Shown: positions 27,990-39,054, numbered from the stretch's first letter. The stretch: 49,871 nucleotides of DNA from Actinomycetota bacterium (GCA_013152275.1 JAADGS010000081.1:1-49871), one strand, 5' to 3'. Notes: generated from the letters alone by a model not told the origin. Program-made: numbers and translations.

Positions 27990-30707
27990 TCACTCCTCAC
28001 TCACGTCAGGCCAGGAGATGCGCGGGTCCGGCAAATCCGGATCGATCTCGTATCTGGCGATGGCGTCGGCGACGACTTCTGCGGGAACCGCACCCTCTGC
28101 CTCGAGGGAGGACAGCACCGCTACGACGACGTGCCCGGTGTCGGTCTCGAAGAAGTGGCGCAGCGCCTCACGAGTATCGCTACGTCCGTACCCGTCCGTG
28201 CCCAGCGGGATGAAACGGCGAGGCACCCAGCGGGCAATCTGATCGGGGACCGCCTTCAGAAAGTCGGTCACGGCGACGATCGGACCGGCGGCGCCGTTGA
28301 GGAGACGGGTAACAAGCGGTACCCGAGGTTCAGCGCCCGGGTGCAGGCGGTTCCAGCGCTCGGTGGAGAGGGATTCTTCACGGAGGCGCTTGTAGGACGT
28401 TGCGCTCCACAGTTCCACACCGACGTCGTAGTGCTCGGCGAGTTGGTGCCGGGCTTCCCGGGCTGCCGCGTGGGCCGTTCCCGAGAAAAGCAGGGTTGCC
28501 TGAAGTGACGGCCCTTCTGGCGCCGGCGCCCATCGGTAGAGACCGTCGATGATGCCCTGGTCGACATCTGCAGGCTTCGGTGGTTGGGTGTAATTCTCGT
28601 TGTAGATGGTGATGTAGTAGAAGACGTCCTCTCCGTCGCTGCCGTACATGCGCTCGATGCCCCGTTGGATGATCGTCGCCAGTTCATAGGCGAACGCCGG
28701 GTCGTACGCTTCGCAGGATGGGATGGTGGAGGCGAGCAGGAGGCTGTGCCCATCCTGATGCTGGAGCCCTTCGCCGAGGAGTGTCGTGCGTCCGGCCGTC
28801 GCTCCCATGAGGAACCCCCGGGCGCGGGCATCGGCCGCTGCCCACATGAAGTCGCCGATACGTTGGAAGCCGAACATGGAGTAGAAGGTGTAGAACGGCA
28901 CCATCGGCACCCCGCGGTGTGCATACGCCGTTGCTGCAGCGGTCCAGGAAGCAATCGCTCCCGCCTCGGTGATTCCCTCTTCGAGGATCTGGCCGTCGGT
29001 TGCCTCTTCATAGGAAAGGAGGAGCCCTGCGTCGACGGGGACGTAGCGCTGTCCGTGCGGCGCGTAGATCTTCAACTCTTTGAACAGCGAATCCATCCCG
29101 AATGTGCGGCCTTCGTCGGGGATGATCGGAACGACTCTGGGGCCGAACGTCTCGTGGCGAGCCAGGTTGCGGAGGAGTCGTGTGAACGCCATCGTCGTCG
29201 AGAACTCCTGCGCGCTCGAACCCGCATCGAATTCGGAGAACGGGTCCGGTCCCGGCAGCTCGATCGGCCTGCGGATTCTCACACTTCGTTTCGGGACGGA
29301 ACCGCCGAGCGTCTTTCGGCGCTCCATCAAATACTCGTACTCGGGGGTGCCCACGTCAGGCCTGTAGTACGGCGGCTCCCTGTCTTCGGTCAGCATCTCG
29401 TCGGGGATCTCTTCTTGCAGATGGAGGCGATCCCGAAGCCCGATCAGCTCACGTCCGGTGAGCTTCTTGATCTGGTGAGTTGCATTGCGGGCCTCCACCG
29501 ACGGACCGAGGGTCCAACCCTTGATCGTCTTGGCGATGATCGCCGTCGGGCGGCCCTCGTGTTCGACCGCGGCCCGGTAGGCGGCATAGATCTTGTGGTA
29601 GTCATGCCCGCCACGAGGGAGTTTGCGTAGCTGGTCGTCACTGAGATGCTCGACGAGTTTGCGCAGCCGCAAGTCGGGTCCGAAGAAGTTCTCCCTGATG
29701 TACTCGCCGGACTCGACGGCGTATTTCTGATACTCGCCGTCGAGGGTGCTGTTCATCTTGTTGACGAGCACGCCGTCGACATCCCTCGCGAGCAACCCGT
29801 CCCAACCGGATCCCCAGATCACCTTGATGACGTTCCAGCCGGCGCCGCGAAGCATGGCTTCCAGTTCCTGAATGATCTTTCCGTTGCCCCGCACAGGGCC
29901 GTCGAGGCGCTGAAGATTGGCGTTGATGACCCACGTGAGGTTGTCGAGACCTTCCCGTGCCGCGATGCCCACTCCGGCAAGCGCTTCGGGCTCGTCCATC
30001 TCCCCATCGCCGAGGAACGCCCAGACACGCGACTGCGAGGTGTCGTCGATATGGCGATTGTGGAGGTACCGGTTGAAACGGGCCAGATAGACGGAGTTGA
30101 GCGGACCCAGTCCCATCGAGACGGTCGGGTATTCCCAGAAGTTCGGCATCAACCGGGGGTGCGGGTACGAGGAGATGCCCTGGCCGGCGACCTCGAGCCT
30201 GAAATGGTCGAGTTGGTCCTCGGTCAGGCGGCGTTCGAGAAAGGCACGGGCATAGATGCCCGGAGCTGCATGACCCTGGAAGAAGATCTGGTCGCCGGAG
30301 GACCCATCATCCTTCCCTCGGAAGAAATGGTTGAAGCCGACTTCGTAGAGAGCAGCCGACGAGGCGAATGTGGACAGGTGCCCTCCGATTCCCTCCGCTG
30401 CATGGTTGGCACGCACGACCATGACGGCGGCGTTCCAGCGGATGAACCTGCGGATGCGCTTCTCGAGCACGTCGTCCCCCGGGAACCACGCCTGTTCCTC
30501 GGCCGGGATCGTATTGACATAGGGTGTGTTGATCGTGGCGGGGATCCCCACCTGCTGCTCCCTGGCGCGCAGCAACATGCGAGACAGCAGATACCGCGCC
30601 CTGGTCTTGCCTTCGATGGCGATGAGTTGGTCAAGGGAGTCGAGCCATTCTTGGGTCTCGGTGGGGTCGGTGTCGGGGAGTTGCTGCACGAAGCGGTCGA
30701 TATTCAC
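27990..30707 (-). CDS. aceE: Pyruvate dehydrogenase E1, homodimeric type
   Basis: D.DP.ETQEWLDSL, GGHLST.ASSA, FQGHAAPG.YAR, PTVSMGLGP, GDGEMDEPE, EGLQHQDGHS. Confidence 0.97.
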   Translation of the reverse strand: MNIDRFVQQLPDTDPTETQEWLDSLDQLIAIEGKTRARYLLSRMLLRAREQQVGIPATINTPYVNTIPAEEQAWFPGDDVLEKRIRRFIRWNAAVMVVRANHAAEGIGGHLSTFASSAALYEVGFNHFFRGKDDGSSGDQIFFQGHAAPGIYARAFLERRLTEDQLDHFRLEVAGQGISSYPHPRLMPNFWEYPTVSMGLGPLNSVYLARFNRYLHNRHIDDTSQSRVWAFLGDGEMDEPEALAGVGIAAREGLDNLTWVINANLQRLDGPVRGNGKIIQELEAMLRGAGWNVIKVIWGSGWDGLLARDVDGVLVNKMNSTLDGEYQKYAVESGEYIRENFFGPDLRLRKLVEHLSDDQLRKLPRGGHDYHKIYAAYRAAVEHEGRPTAIIAKTIKGWTLGPSVEARNATHQIKKLTGRELIGLRDRLHLQEEIPDEMLTEDREPPYYRPDVGTPEYEYLMERRKTLGGSVPKRSVRIRRPIELPGPDPFSEFDAGSSAQEFSTTMAFTRLLRNLARHETFGPRVVPIIPDEGRTFGMDSLFKELKIYAPHGQRYVPVDAGLLLSYEEATDGQILEEGITEAGAIASWTAAATAYAHRGVPMVPFYTFYSMFGFQRIGDFMWAAADARARGFLMGATAGRTTLLGEGLQHQDGHSLLLASTIPSCEAYDPAFAYELATIIQRGIERMYGSDGEDVFYYITIYNENYTQPPKPADVDQGIIDGLYRWAPAPEGPSLQATLLFSGTAHAAAREARHQLAEHYDVGVELWSATSYKRLREESLSTERWNRLHPGAEPRVPLVTRLLNGAAGPIVAVTDFLKAVPDQIARWVPRRFIPLGTDGYGRSDTREALRHFFETDTGHVVVAVLSSLEAEGAVPAEVVADAIARYEIDPDLPDPRISWPDVSEE

Positions 30708-30806
30708 GAAGACCTCTCTGGCCGGTCGAGGCAGAGGCTATCGAAACATGAGGCCTAAGCGGGGTCGCGCGGCACGGTGACTCGGCCGGGCGTAGACTCG
30801 ATTGGC

Positions 30807-32147
30807 ATGCAGGACACCTATGTAGACAAGTCGTTTTGGCTCGCCACCTACGGTCCGTATACGCCAAACGATCCGGTGGGCGAATCGATGGATGTCGACG
30901 TGGCCGTAGTCGGTGGCGGCTTCACCGGACTTTCGACCGCCTACAACCTGTGCCTGCTCGAGCCGACACTGCGAGTCGCGGTCCTGGAAGCCGAGGTGAT
31001 CGGCTACGGGGCCAGCGGTCGCAACGGTGGCTTCTCCATGACGCTGTTCGGTCTCGAACCGGCAGTCACGAAGTTCCGGTTCGGGGTCCAGCGGACCGTG
31101 GAGGCACATCGATACATGGAGCGGGCGGTCGACTATGTCGACGACCTGGTTCGTAGCCGGAACCTTCAATCCGACTACTGGTTCCCCGGCTTTCTGCGGG
31201 TGGCGACCACGCCCGCCTACAGCAAACGCATCCAGCACGACATGAAGTTGCTCACCGACATGGGTATCACCGGCATCGAGTGGTGGGACGCCGATCGGGT
31301 GCGGGAGCAGGTTGATTCCCCCTTGTTCCTCGGTGCCTGGTGGGAGCCCCGTTCGGGCCTCTTGAATCCGGCCAAGCACGTGAGGGAGTTGAAGAGGATC
31401 GCCGAGGAGGCCGGTGCTGTGATCTATGAGCACAGTCCGGTTTCACAGATCGATCGCGGTGATCGTTTCAGACTCCAGACGCCGGGAGGGACGGTCACTG
31501 CGGGTCGTATCGTGCTGGCCACCAACGCCTACTCGCATCTGTTGCCGGGGTTGCGTCGTTCCCAGGCGCCCGTCTTCACGCATATGGTCGTCACCGAACC
31601 GCTCTCCGATGAGCAACTGGAGGTCATCGGTTGGTCGAACCGGCAGGGCATCGAGGATGCCCGTAACCTGGTGCACTACTTCAGGCTCACCGCCGACAAC
31701 CGCTTGGCGATGGGAGGGAGTGACGTGTCGCTCACGTATGGGACCGACATGGGTCGCGATCTCAACGAGCGCGTGTTCCGAGACCTCGAAGCCGACGTCG
31801 TCGAGATCTTTCCTTCCCTTGCAGGAGTGCGGTTTACGGATCGGTGGGGTGGGCCGGTGTCGGTACCGGTCGACATGGCGCCGGCCATCGGCTTCTTGGG
31901 GGACCCGAGGGTCGTGTACTCGATCGGATGTGTCGGGCACGGCGTGTCGCTGTCTCAACTCAACGGAAAGACGATTGCAGATCTGGTGCTCGAGCGTGAC
32001 ACCGACCTGACCAACGTCTGGTTCGTGGGACGTCGGCTGATTCCGTGGCCTCCGGAACCGCTCCGATTTGCCCTCTCGGCCGGCATCCGAGGCTATCTGC
32101 GGGGCGAGGACTGGGTCCACGAGCGTCCCCTGCGTGCAGGGCGCTGA
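30807..32147 (+). CDS. FAD-dependent oxidoreductase (PuuB/DadA family)
   Basis: [37 protein letters not shown]. Confidence 0.9.
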   Translation: MQDTYVDKSFWLATYGPYTPNDPVGESMDVDVAVVGGGFTGLSTAYNLCLLEPTLRVAVLEAEVIGYGASGRNGGFSMTLFGLEPAVTKFRFGVQRTVEAHRYMERAVDYVDDLVRSRNLQSDYWFPGFLRVATTPAYSKRIQHDMKLLTDMGITGIEWWDADRVREQVDSPLFLGAWWEPRSGLLNPAKHVRELKRIAEEAGAVIYEHSPVSQIDRGDRFRLQTPGGTVTAGRIVLATNAYSHLLPGLRRSQAPVFTHMVVTEPLSDEQLEVIGWSNRQGIEDARNLVHYFRLTADNRLAMGGSDVSLTYGTDMGRDLNERVFRDLEADVVEIFPSLAGVRFTDRWGGPVSVPVDMAPAIGFLGDPRVVYSIGCVGHGVSLSQLNGKTIADLVLERDTDLTNVWFVGRRLIPWPPEPLRFALSAGIRGYLRGEDWVHERPLRAGR

Positions 32148-32170
32148 AGCAGGGTCGGTACACTCGCCCG

Positions 32171-33115
32171 ATGGGCAGACTTCCCGTGTTCGAGGACGTG
32201 CAGGCCGCCGCGGATCGGATCGCGGCCTTCGTACATCGCACCCCGATCATGACCTCCGCGACACTCGACCGTGATCTTGGCGCGTCGGTGTTCTTCAAAT
32301 GTGAGAACCTCCAGAAGATCGGTGCCTTCAAAGCCAGAGGAGCCGTGAACGCGGTCCTTTCCCTGGAAGAGGGCACTGCCGCCCGTGGAGTCGTGACGCA
32401 TTCGTCGGGGAACCACGGGCAGGCGCTCGCCTATGCGGCGTCGATCCGGAAGATCCCCTGTGCCGTCGTCATGCCGGATACGGCTCCACGGATCAAGGTC
32501 GACGCGGTGCGGGGCTACGGGGCCGACGTGGTGTTCTGCGCGCAGTCCGAGCGGGAGGTCACTGCGGAACGGGTGTGCGCCGAACGGGGAGCGACGATCG
32601 TTCACCCGTTCAACGACCCGGTGGTGATCGCCGGTCAGGGCACTGCCGCATTGGAGCTGGTGGCCCAGGTCGAGGGTCTGGATCTCCTCGTGGCGCCGAT
32701 CGGAGGGGGAGGTCTGCTGTCGGGAACGACGCTGGTGGCCGAAGCGCTCCTCCCGTCGGCCGTGGTCGTGGGGGCCGAACCCGAGATGGTCGATGACGCG
32801 TACCGGTCGCTGGTCAGCGGGTTTCTCCAGCCAAGGGTGCCTCGCGCGGCGACGATCGCGGACGGCCTGATCACGGGGATGGGAGAGTTGGCCTTCGAGA
32901 TCCTGCGGGAGCGTAGGGTCGAGATCGTGACGGTTTCCGAAGAGCAGATCGTCGCCGCGGCAAGGTTCTTTGCGGAGAGGATGAAGCTGGTGGTCGAGCC
33001 GTCGGGGGCGACGAGCCTGGCGGGCGTTCGGGCGATGGGAGAGCGCGTCGCCGGCCTGCGGGTCGGGGTGATCATCTCAGGCGGCAACACCGACTTCTCC
33101 TGGCTACCCCGTTGA
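32171..33115 (+). CDS. PLP-dependent serine/threonine dehydratase or racemase
   Basis: FKCENLQKIGAFKARGA, HSSGNH, GQGT, PIGGGGL, EPSGA, SGGN. Confidence 0.93.
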   Translation: MGRLPVFEDVQAAADRIAAFVHRTPIMTSATLDRDLGASVFFKCENLQKIGAFKARGAVNAVLSLEEGTAARGVVTHSSGNHGQALAYAASIRKIPCAVVMPDTAPRIKVDAVRGYGADVVFCAQSEREVTAERVCAERGATIVHPFNDPVVIAGQGTAALELVAQVEGLDLLVAPIGGGGLLSGTTLVAEALLPSAVVVGAEPEMVDDAYRSLVSGFLQPRVPRAATIADGLITGMGELAFEILRERRVEIVTVSEEQIVAAARFFAERMKLVVEPSGATSLAGVRAMGERVAGLRVGVIISGGNTDFSWLPR

Positions 33116-33163
33116 ACCCAGGGCTCAGGGGGGTCGTGGCGACCCCTACGAGCCCTGGGTTCA
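33113..33163. repeat. Palindromic repeat family A, copy 1
   Basis: TGAACCCAGGGCTCAGGGGGGTCG-tgg-CGACCCCTACGAGCCCTGGGTTCA; near-identical to 49761-49817. Confidence 0.85.
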
Positions 33164-33222
33164 GGGGACCGGGCCCGCGCGGCGGTCGGGAGCCCTCGCT
33201 GCGTGGGGACTATGGTGCCGCG

Positions 33223-34413
33223 ATGGACATACATGCGCTTCGCGCCGACACCCCCGGATGTTCCGACGTCGTTCACTTCAACAATGCCGGCACTTCGCTG
33301 CCTCCACGGCCGGTCATCGACGCGCAGATTGCCTGGATCCGTCGGGAGGCCGTCACCGGCGGGTACGAGATGGCGGAAGATCTCCAGGAGCAGGTCGCCG
33401 GTGTCTACCACTCCCTTGCCCGATTGATCGGTGCCGAAGCGAGTGAGATCGCGCTGATGGAGAACGCCACCGCTGCCTGGTGGCAGGCGTTCCACGGCCT
33501 CGACCTGCACGGCAAGACGGTGCTCACCTCCGAGGTCGACTACGGGGCGAACTTCATCACCTATCTGCAGGCTGCCCGGCGCGACGACGTGAACACGGTC
33601 GTCGTTCCCTCGGATGAGTCTGGGCAGATCTCCCTCGAGGAACTCGAGAAGCATCTCGATGGGCGCGTCGGGCTGCTCGCCGTGTCACACATGCCGACGA
33701 ACGGCGGGCTCGTCAACCCGGCAGCAGAGATCGGGGCGCTGGCCCGCAAAGCAGGCGTTCCGTTCCTCCTCGATGCGTGTCAAACGGTCGGCCAGATGCC
33801 GATCGATGTTGACGCCATCGGGTGCACCTTCCTCTCGGCGACCGGTCGCAAGTACCTGCGGGGGCCGCGGGGCACCGGTTTCCTGTACGCGCGATCGTCG
33901 TTCCTGGAGGTCGACGAACCGTTGATGCTCGATCACTTCGGTGCTTCCTGGGTCGAGCCCGACCGGTACGTTCTGCGTCCCGACGCCCGCCGTTATGAGA
34001 CGTGGGAATCGAATCACGCGATCAAAGCCGGGCTGGGAGTCGCAGCCGAGTATGCGATGTCGGTGGGACTCGAGTCGATCGCGGGGCGGGTCTTCGCCCT
34101 TGCGGCAGAACTGCGGGACAAGCTCGCCGGGATCGGGGTGCCCACGTACGACCTCGGTCGGGTGAAAGGGGGGATCGTCACCTTCTCGGTGCCCGGAGTG
34201 GATTCGGCAACCGTCAAGCGAGAGCTCCGTGCGCAATCCATCAACACGTCGCTCGTCGATTCCACATCCACGCTCATCGACGCCAGGCGCCGGCACCTTC
34301 CGGAGATGGTTCGCGCGTCGGTGCACTACTACAACACGAGTGCAGAGATCGACACACTGATCGCCGCGCTCGAGCCGTGGTCTTCCCGTTCTCGTGACGC
34401 TTCACGGGGATAA
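33223..34413 (+). CDS. Class V PLP aminotransferase / C-S lyase-like
   Basis: HFNNAG, DACQ.VG, SATGRKYLRGPRG, RASVHYYN. Confidence 0.9.
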   Translation: MDIHALRADTPGCSDVVHFNNAGTSLPPRPVIDAQIAWIRREAVTGGYEMAEDLQEQVAGVYHSLARLIGAEASEIALMENATAAWWQAFHGLDLHGKTVLTSEVDYGANFITYLQAARRDDVNTVVVPSDESGQISLEELEKHLDGRVGLLAVSHMPTNGGLVNPAAEIGALARKAGVPFLLDACQTVGQMPIDVDAIGCTFLSATGRKYLRGPRGTGFLYARSSFLEVDEPLMLDHFGASWVEPDRYVLRPDARRYETWESNHAIKAGLGVAAEYAMSVGLESIAGRVFALAAELRDKLAGIGVPTYDLGRVKGGIVTFSVPGVDSATVKRELRAQSINTSLVDSTSTLIDARRRHLPEMVRASVHYYNTSAEIDTLIAALEPWSSRSRDASRG

Positions 34414-34438
34414 TCCGGTCCAACCGTCACGAGAACGG
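34386..34438. repeat. Palindromic repeat family B, copy 2
   Basis: CCGTTCTCGTGACG-N25-CGTCACGAGAACGG, same arms and spacer length as 23227-23279; extra half-site GTCACGAGAA near 34465-34474. Confidence 0.85.
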
Positions 34439-34484
34439 ATGGAATGGTGGGGGACCTCTAAACTGTCACGAGAAGGAGGTGCGT

Positions 34485-36380
34485 ATGCATCGAGATCGGC
34501 TCACCCGCCCGCTCGTCCGGGAAGATGGGGTTCTTCGACCGGCATCATGGGACGAGGCGCTCGACAGAGCAGCCGGCGGCATTCAGGCCGTCACCAGTCG
34601 GTACGGTCCGGGAGCGTTCGGGGTGATGAGCTGTTCCAAAGGCACCAACGAGATGAACTACCTCGCACAGAAGTTCGTCCGTATGGCCGTTGGCACCAAT
34701 ACGATCGACTCGTGTAACCGTACCTGACACGCTCCCAGTGTCGTCGGTCTGGCGACAGTGTTCGGAGCAGGTGGCGGAACGAGTTCCTACAGGGAAGCCG
34801 AGGACACCGGCCTCATCGTCCTGTGGGGCTCCAACGCGCGCGACGCACACCCGATCTTCTTTCATCATGTCCTCAAGGGGATCCGCCACGGTGCAAAGCT
34901 GATCGTCATCGATCCCAGGCGCAGCTCGTCCGCGACGTTCGCCGATCTCTGGCTCGGTCTGGACGTTGGATCCGACATCGCCCTTGCCAACGCCGTCGGG
35001 CGCGAGATCATCACCGCCGGCTTGCACGATCGCGAGTTCATCGAACGCGCCACGAGCGGCTTCGATGATTACCGGACCGCCGTGGACGCGTGGACGCTGG
35101 ACCGGGCGGCGAACGTCACCGGCGTTCCTGCAGATGCGATCTCCGAGCTCGCCCACGCCTACGCGCTCGCGCCGACGGCCCAACTGTGCTGGACTCTCGG
35201 CATCACCGAGCATCACTGTGGGACCGACAACGTCTTCTCACTGATCAACCTGGCATTGCTCACCGGACACATCGGCCGGTGGGGATCCGGTCTGGTTCCC
35301 TTGCGGGGCCAGAACAACGTCCAGGGAGGAGCGGACATGGGTGCGCTTCCGAACAAGCTCCCCGGCTTCAAGGACGTGTCGGACGATACGGAGCGGGCCC
35401 GGTTCGAAGCAGCGTACGGTACGAAGCTGCCGGCCGAACCGGGATGGCACATCTCGCAGATGTTCGACGCGATGGAACGTGAGGATCTCAGGTCCCTGTA
35501 CATCATTGGAGAGAACCCGGCACAGTCCGAAGCCGATGCGACGAGGGTGCGCAAGCTTCTCGCCGGCCTCGATCATCTCGTCGTGCAAGACATGTTCCTC
35601 ACCAAGACGGCAGAGCTTGCCGATGTGGTCCTGCCGGCGGCGGCAGGCTGGGCCGAGACGGACGGCACCTTCACCTCGTCGGAACGTCGGGTGCAGCTCG
35701 TGCGAAGAGCTTTGGATCCGCCCGGTGAGGCGAGAGACGACCTTGTGATCATCGCCGACCTTGCCGCACGCATGGGCTGTGACTGGGGCCATCCGGTTGC
35801 AGAGGAAGTGTGGGATGAACTGCGGGGGCTCTCTTCGATCCATGCGGGAATGAGCTATGAGCGTCTGGCATCTCACGGCGGTCTTCAATGGCCGTGCCGC
35901 GACACGGACGATCCCGGTCGGCCGTTCCTTCACGGCCGTCTCTGGGACGATCCGGTGACCGGCCCCAAGGCACCGTTCACGCCCGTCGAGTGGAGTCCCC
36001 CCGTCGACCGGCTCGACGAGGAGTTTCCCATCAGGCTGACCACGGGACGCCGACTCGATAGTTACAACACCGGTGTGCAATCCGGACGGTACTCGTCGCC
36101 GAAGCGATGGGGTGAGAGCATCGATCTCTCACCGGAGGACGCCGCCGCCCTCGGGCTTGCCAATGGCGATCTGGCGCGTGTCACGTCGAGACGTGGATCT
36201 GTCGAGGCGCCCGTACGCACCGATCCCAACCTGAGACCGGGCCTGGCGTTCCTGACGTTCCATTTCCCCGATCAGGTGGACACGAACGTGCTCACGTTGG
36301 ATGCGTGGGATCCCAAGTCGGGAACGTCCGAATACAAGGCGACGGCGGTCAGGATCGAACGGCTTGGAGAGCCCTCATGA
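34485..36380 (+). CDS. fdhF: Selenocysteine-containing formate dehydrogenase catalytic (Mo/W-bisPGD) subunit
   Basis: AAGGAGGT RBS; in-frame TGA at 34725-34727 in IDSCNRT-U-HAPSV (FdhF active-site motif); LRGQNNVQG, GENP, GTFTSSERRVQ, LTTGR. Confidence 0.93.
34728..34768 (+). promoter_or_regulatory. Bacterial SECIS element
   Basis: 11 nt after the UGA: stem TGTCGTC (34739-45)/GGCGACA (34751-57) with GGTCT loop; lower pairing GCTCC/GGAGC is possible. Confidence 0.8.
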
Positions 36381-38137
36381 ACGTGATCGGCGATGCGGAG
36401 CGTAGGGCGATCGACGCCGTATTGGGTCCGGCGACACTCGGTTGGGATGCATCGGCGCGAACGGCAACCGGTGGTCGTGTCGCTCGAGGCGGTGCCGCGC
36501 TGAAAGCTCGACGCCACTTGCTCCTGCCGGCGCTGCAGGCGGCGCAGCGAGCCATGGGATGGATCACGCCCGAGGCTCTCGACTATCTCGACCAACGGCT
36601 CGGAGTGTCGCCGGCCGAGTCGTTCGGGGTCGCAACGTTCTACGACCTCCTGGACACCGCTCCAGGACCCGACACGGCGATCAGGGTGTGCGACGACATC
36701 GCCTGCGCGGGCAGCGCCCAACTCATTGCCGACACGAGAGCCCGTCACGGCGATGCTGCCACCGTCGAACCGGTGTCATGCCTCGGGCACTGTGCCCACG
36801 GTTCTGCCGCGCTGGTCCGTGTGGCCGGCCGGCAGGACGTGACTGTTGCCCCCGCTTCGCTCGAAGGCATCGACGCTGCGATAGCGGGTGAAACGGCACC
36901 TGTCGTGGTCGACCGTATCGGTGGACGGTTGGCTCTTCTCTCGAGAGTCGGCGTCGTCGATCCGTCCAGCCTCGACGACTACCGCAGCCATGGTGGCTAC
37001 GCGGCATTGGAGAAAGCCTTGAGGATGGGTCCGGCCGCGGTGATTGCGGAGATCGATCTCTCACTCCTGCGGGGCAGGGGCGGCGCTTCGTTCCCGACGG
37101 GTCGAAAATGGGCGGCGGCGGCGCGTTCCGAGTCGACACCCAAGTACGTTGTCTGCAACGCCGACGAGTCCGAACCGGGGACGTTCAAGGACCGGGTCAT
37201 TCTGGAGAACGACCCGTTCGCCATCGTGGAAGCCCTCACCATCGCAGGGCTTGCCGTGGGCGCCTCGCAGGGCTTCGTCTACGTGCGCGGCGAGTACCCG
37301 CTGGCCGCGGAGCGTGTCGAGAACGCAGTGTCGGTGGCACGAGAAGCCGGTCTGCTCGGGCCTTCGGTAATGGGATCCGGCTTCGAGTTCGATGTCGATG
37401 TGCGGAGCGGTGCCGGCGCATATGTGTGTGGAGAGGAGACTGCGCTCTTCAATTCGATCGAAGGTTTTCGCGGCGAGCCGCGAGTGAAACCTCCGTTCCC
37501 GACAGACGCGGGACTCTTCGGCAAACCGACGGTGATCAACAACGTCGAGACACTCGCCAACATCTTGTCGATCGTCGCCGGGGGAGGTAAGGCGTACGCC
37601 GCGTCGGGGCGTGATGGATCCACGGGAACGAAACTGTTCCCGGTCTCCGGGAGCGTTGCCATGCCCGGCCTCTACGAAGCGCCGTGCTCCACCCCGCTCG
37701 GCGAGATCATCGAGATGGCCGGCGGAGTGATCGGAACGTTTCGTGCTGCTCTGGTCGGGGGCGCCGCAGGAGTCTTCATGGGCCCCGACCGGTTGGACGA
37801 TATCATGTCGTTCGAGCGCCTCGCGACCCTTGGTGAATCGTACGGGTCCGGTGCGATCGTCGTATTCGATGAAACGTCGAATCTGGATGCCGTCGTACGG
37901 CGGATTGCCGACTTCTTTCGCCGGGAATCATGCGGACAGTGCGTGCCGTGCCGGATCGGGACCGTTGCCCAGCAGGAGGCGCTCGGTCGTTTCCTGGACG
38001 GTGATGACAGTCGGCGCGAGATCCTCGCCGATGTGGACAGGGTCATGACGGACGCCTCCATCTGCGGCCTGGGGCGTACCGCTGCATCGGCGATCCGATC
38101 GGCTCTGCGCCTGGGGCTGATCGGAGGTGCGCCATGA
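36377..38137 (+). CDS. NuoE-NuoF (FdsG-FdsB-like) fused diaphorase subunit
   Basis: VATFY, CDDIAC..CLGHC (2Fe-2S), LRGRGGA.FPTG.KW, NADESEPGTFKDR, GAGAYVCGEETAL, SCGQCVPCR..ICGLG. Confidence 0.93.
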   Translation: MNVIGDAERRAIDAVLGPATLGWDASARTATGGRVARGGAALKARRHLLLPALQAAQRAMGWITPEALDYLDQRLGVSPAESFGVATFYDLLDTAPGPDTAIRVCDDIACAGSAQLIADTRARHGDAATVEPVSCLGHCAHGSAALVRVAGRQDVTVAPASLEGIDAAIAGETAPVVVDRIGGRLALLSRVGVVDPSSLDDYRSHGGYAALEKALRMGPAAVIAEIDLSLLRGRGGASFPTGRKWAAAARSESTPKYVVCNADESEPGTFKDRVILENDPFAIVEALTIAGLAVGASQGFVYVRGEYPLAAERVENAVSVAREAGLLGPSVMGSGFEFDVDVRSGAGAYVCGEETALFNSIEGFRGEPRVKPPFPTDAGLFGKPTVINNVETLANILSIVAGGGKAYAASGRDGSTGTKLFPVSGSVAMPGLYEAPCSTPLGEIIEMAGGVIGTFRAALVGGAAGVFMGPDRLDDIMSFERLATLGESYGSGAIVVFDETSNLDAVVRRIADFFRRESCGQCVPCRIGTVAQQEALGRFLDGDDSRREILADVDRVMTDASICGLGRTAASAIRSALRLGLIGGAP

Positions 38138-38940
38138 GGATCACGATCGACGGCCGGCCGCTCGACGTTGCCGACGGAACGACGATCCTCCAGGCTTGTC
38201 GCGACGAACGCATTACGGTACCGACGCTCTGCTTCCTGGAGACACTCGAGCCTGCCAATGCCTGCCGGCTCTGTGTGGTCGAGGTCGAAGGTTCGACGTC
38301 CCTCGTTCCTTCGTGTTCCCGGGAGGTGGTTGAAGGGATGGTCGTCAACACGGATTCGCACCGGGTGCGGCATGCTCGTCGCATGGTGCTCGAGCTGCTC
38401 GCGGCGACCTCGGACCTTTCCAACGCCGGCCTCGACGGCATGATCGAGTCGTATGGAGCGGAACCGGAGCGCCTGCACCTCACCACATGCGGTCGGGAGC
38501 CTGCAATCGACAACAGCCTCTACGTTCGAGATCTCGACCGGTGCATCCTCTGTCGTCGCTGCGTCGACGTGTGCGGCGACCAAGCCCAGAACACGTTTGC
38601 CATCACCGTCGCTGGGCGCGGGGCAACTGCCCACATTGCCACGGAGTTCGATGTGCCGTTGTCCGACTCCGCCTGCGTGTTCTGTGGGAACTGTGTTGCG
38701 ATCTGTCCGACCGGTGCGCTGATTCCGCTCGCCGAGTTCGAGCTGCGCAGGGAGGGAACCTGGGACGAGGCACTCCAACAGGTCACGCTGACGGTGTGTC
38801 CGTTCTGCGGGGTTGGCTGCAACCTCGAGTTGTATGTTCAGGACAACCGGATCGTCAAGGTGACGTCTCCACTGGATCACGACATCACGAACGGCAACCT
38901 GTGTATCAAGGGACGGTTTGGACACCGGCACGTGGAGTGA
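38134..38940 (+). CDS. Fe-S subunit corresponding to the N-terminal part of an FdsA/NuoG-type alpha chain
   Basis: PTLC..ACRLC..SC (2Fe-2S), CILCRRCVDVC, CVFCGNCVAICP, C-terminal CPFCGVGC..LCIKGRFG. Confidence 0.92.
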   Translation: MRITIDGRPLDVADGTTILQACRDERITVPTLCFLETLEPANACRLCVVEVEGSTSLVPSCSREVVEGMVVNTDSHRVRHARRMVLELLAATSDLSNAGLDGMIESYGAEPERLHLTTCGREPAIDNSLYVRDLDRCILCRRCVDVCGDQAQNTFAITVAGRGATAHIATEFDVPLSDSACVFCGNCVAICPTGALIPLAEFELRREGTWDEALQQVTLTVCPFCGVGCNLELYVQDNRIVKVTSPLDHDITNGNLCIKGRFGHRHVE

Positions 38941-38955
38941 CCCGCCAGCTTCTTC

Positions 38956-39054
38956 CTTCCCCCTCAGGGGGAAGTGCCGAGTCTTCGAGGCGATGGGGGT
39001 GTTCCCGAACTGGCGTAGCCGGAGCCAGACCCCTCAGGGGGAAGTCCCGAGTCC
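38956..39054. repeat. Two copies of a CCCCTCAGGGGGAAGT(G/C)CCGAGTC unit
   Basis: Copies at 38960-38984 and 39030-39054 (70-bp period); the first forms the hairpin CTTCCCCC-tca-GGGGGAAG. Confidence 0.7.

Noticed and set aside
33223..34413. Class V PLP enzyme as the cysteine desulfurase or Sec lyase serving FdhD/FDH
   Set aside because: No catalytic Cys is visible in the expected C-terminal loop; adjacency alone is insufficient.
38956..39054. Short repeats as a CRISPR array
   Set aside because: Only two units, no repeat-spacer series and no cas genes.
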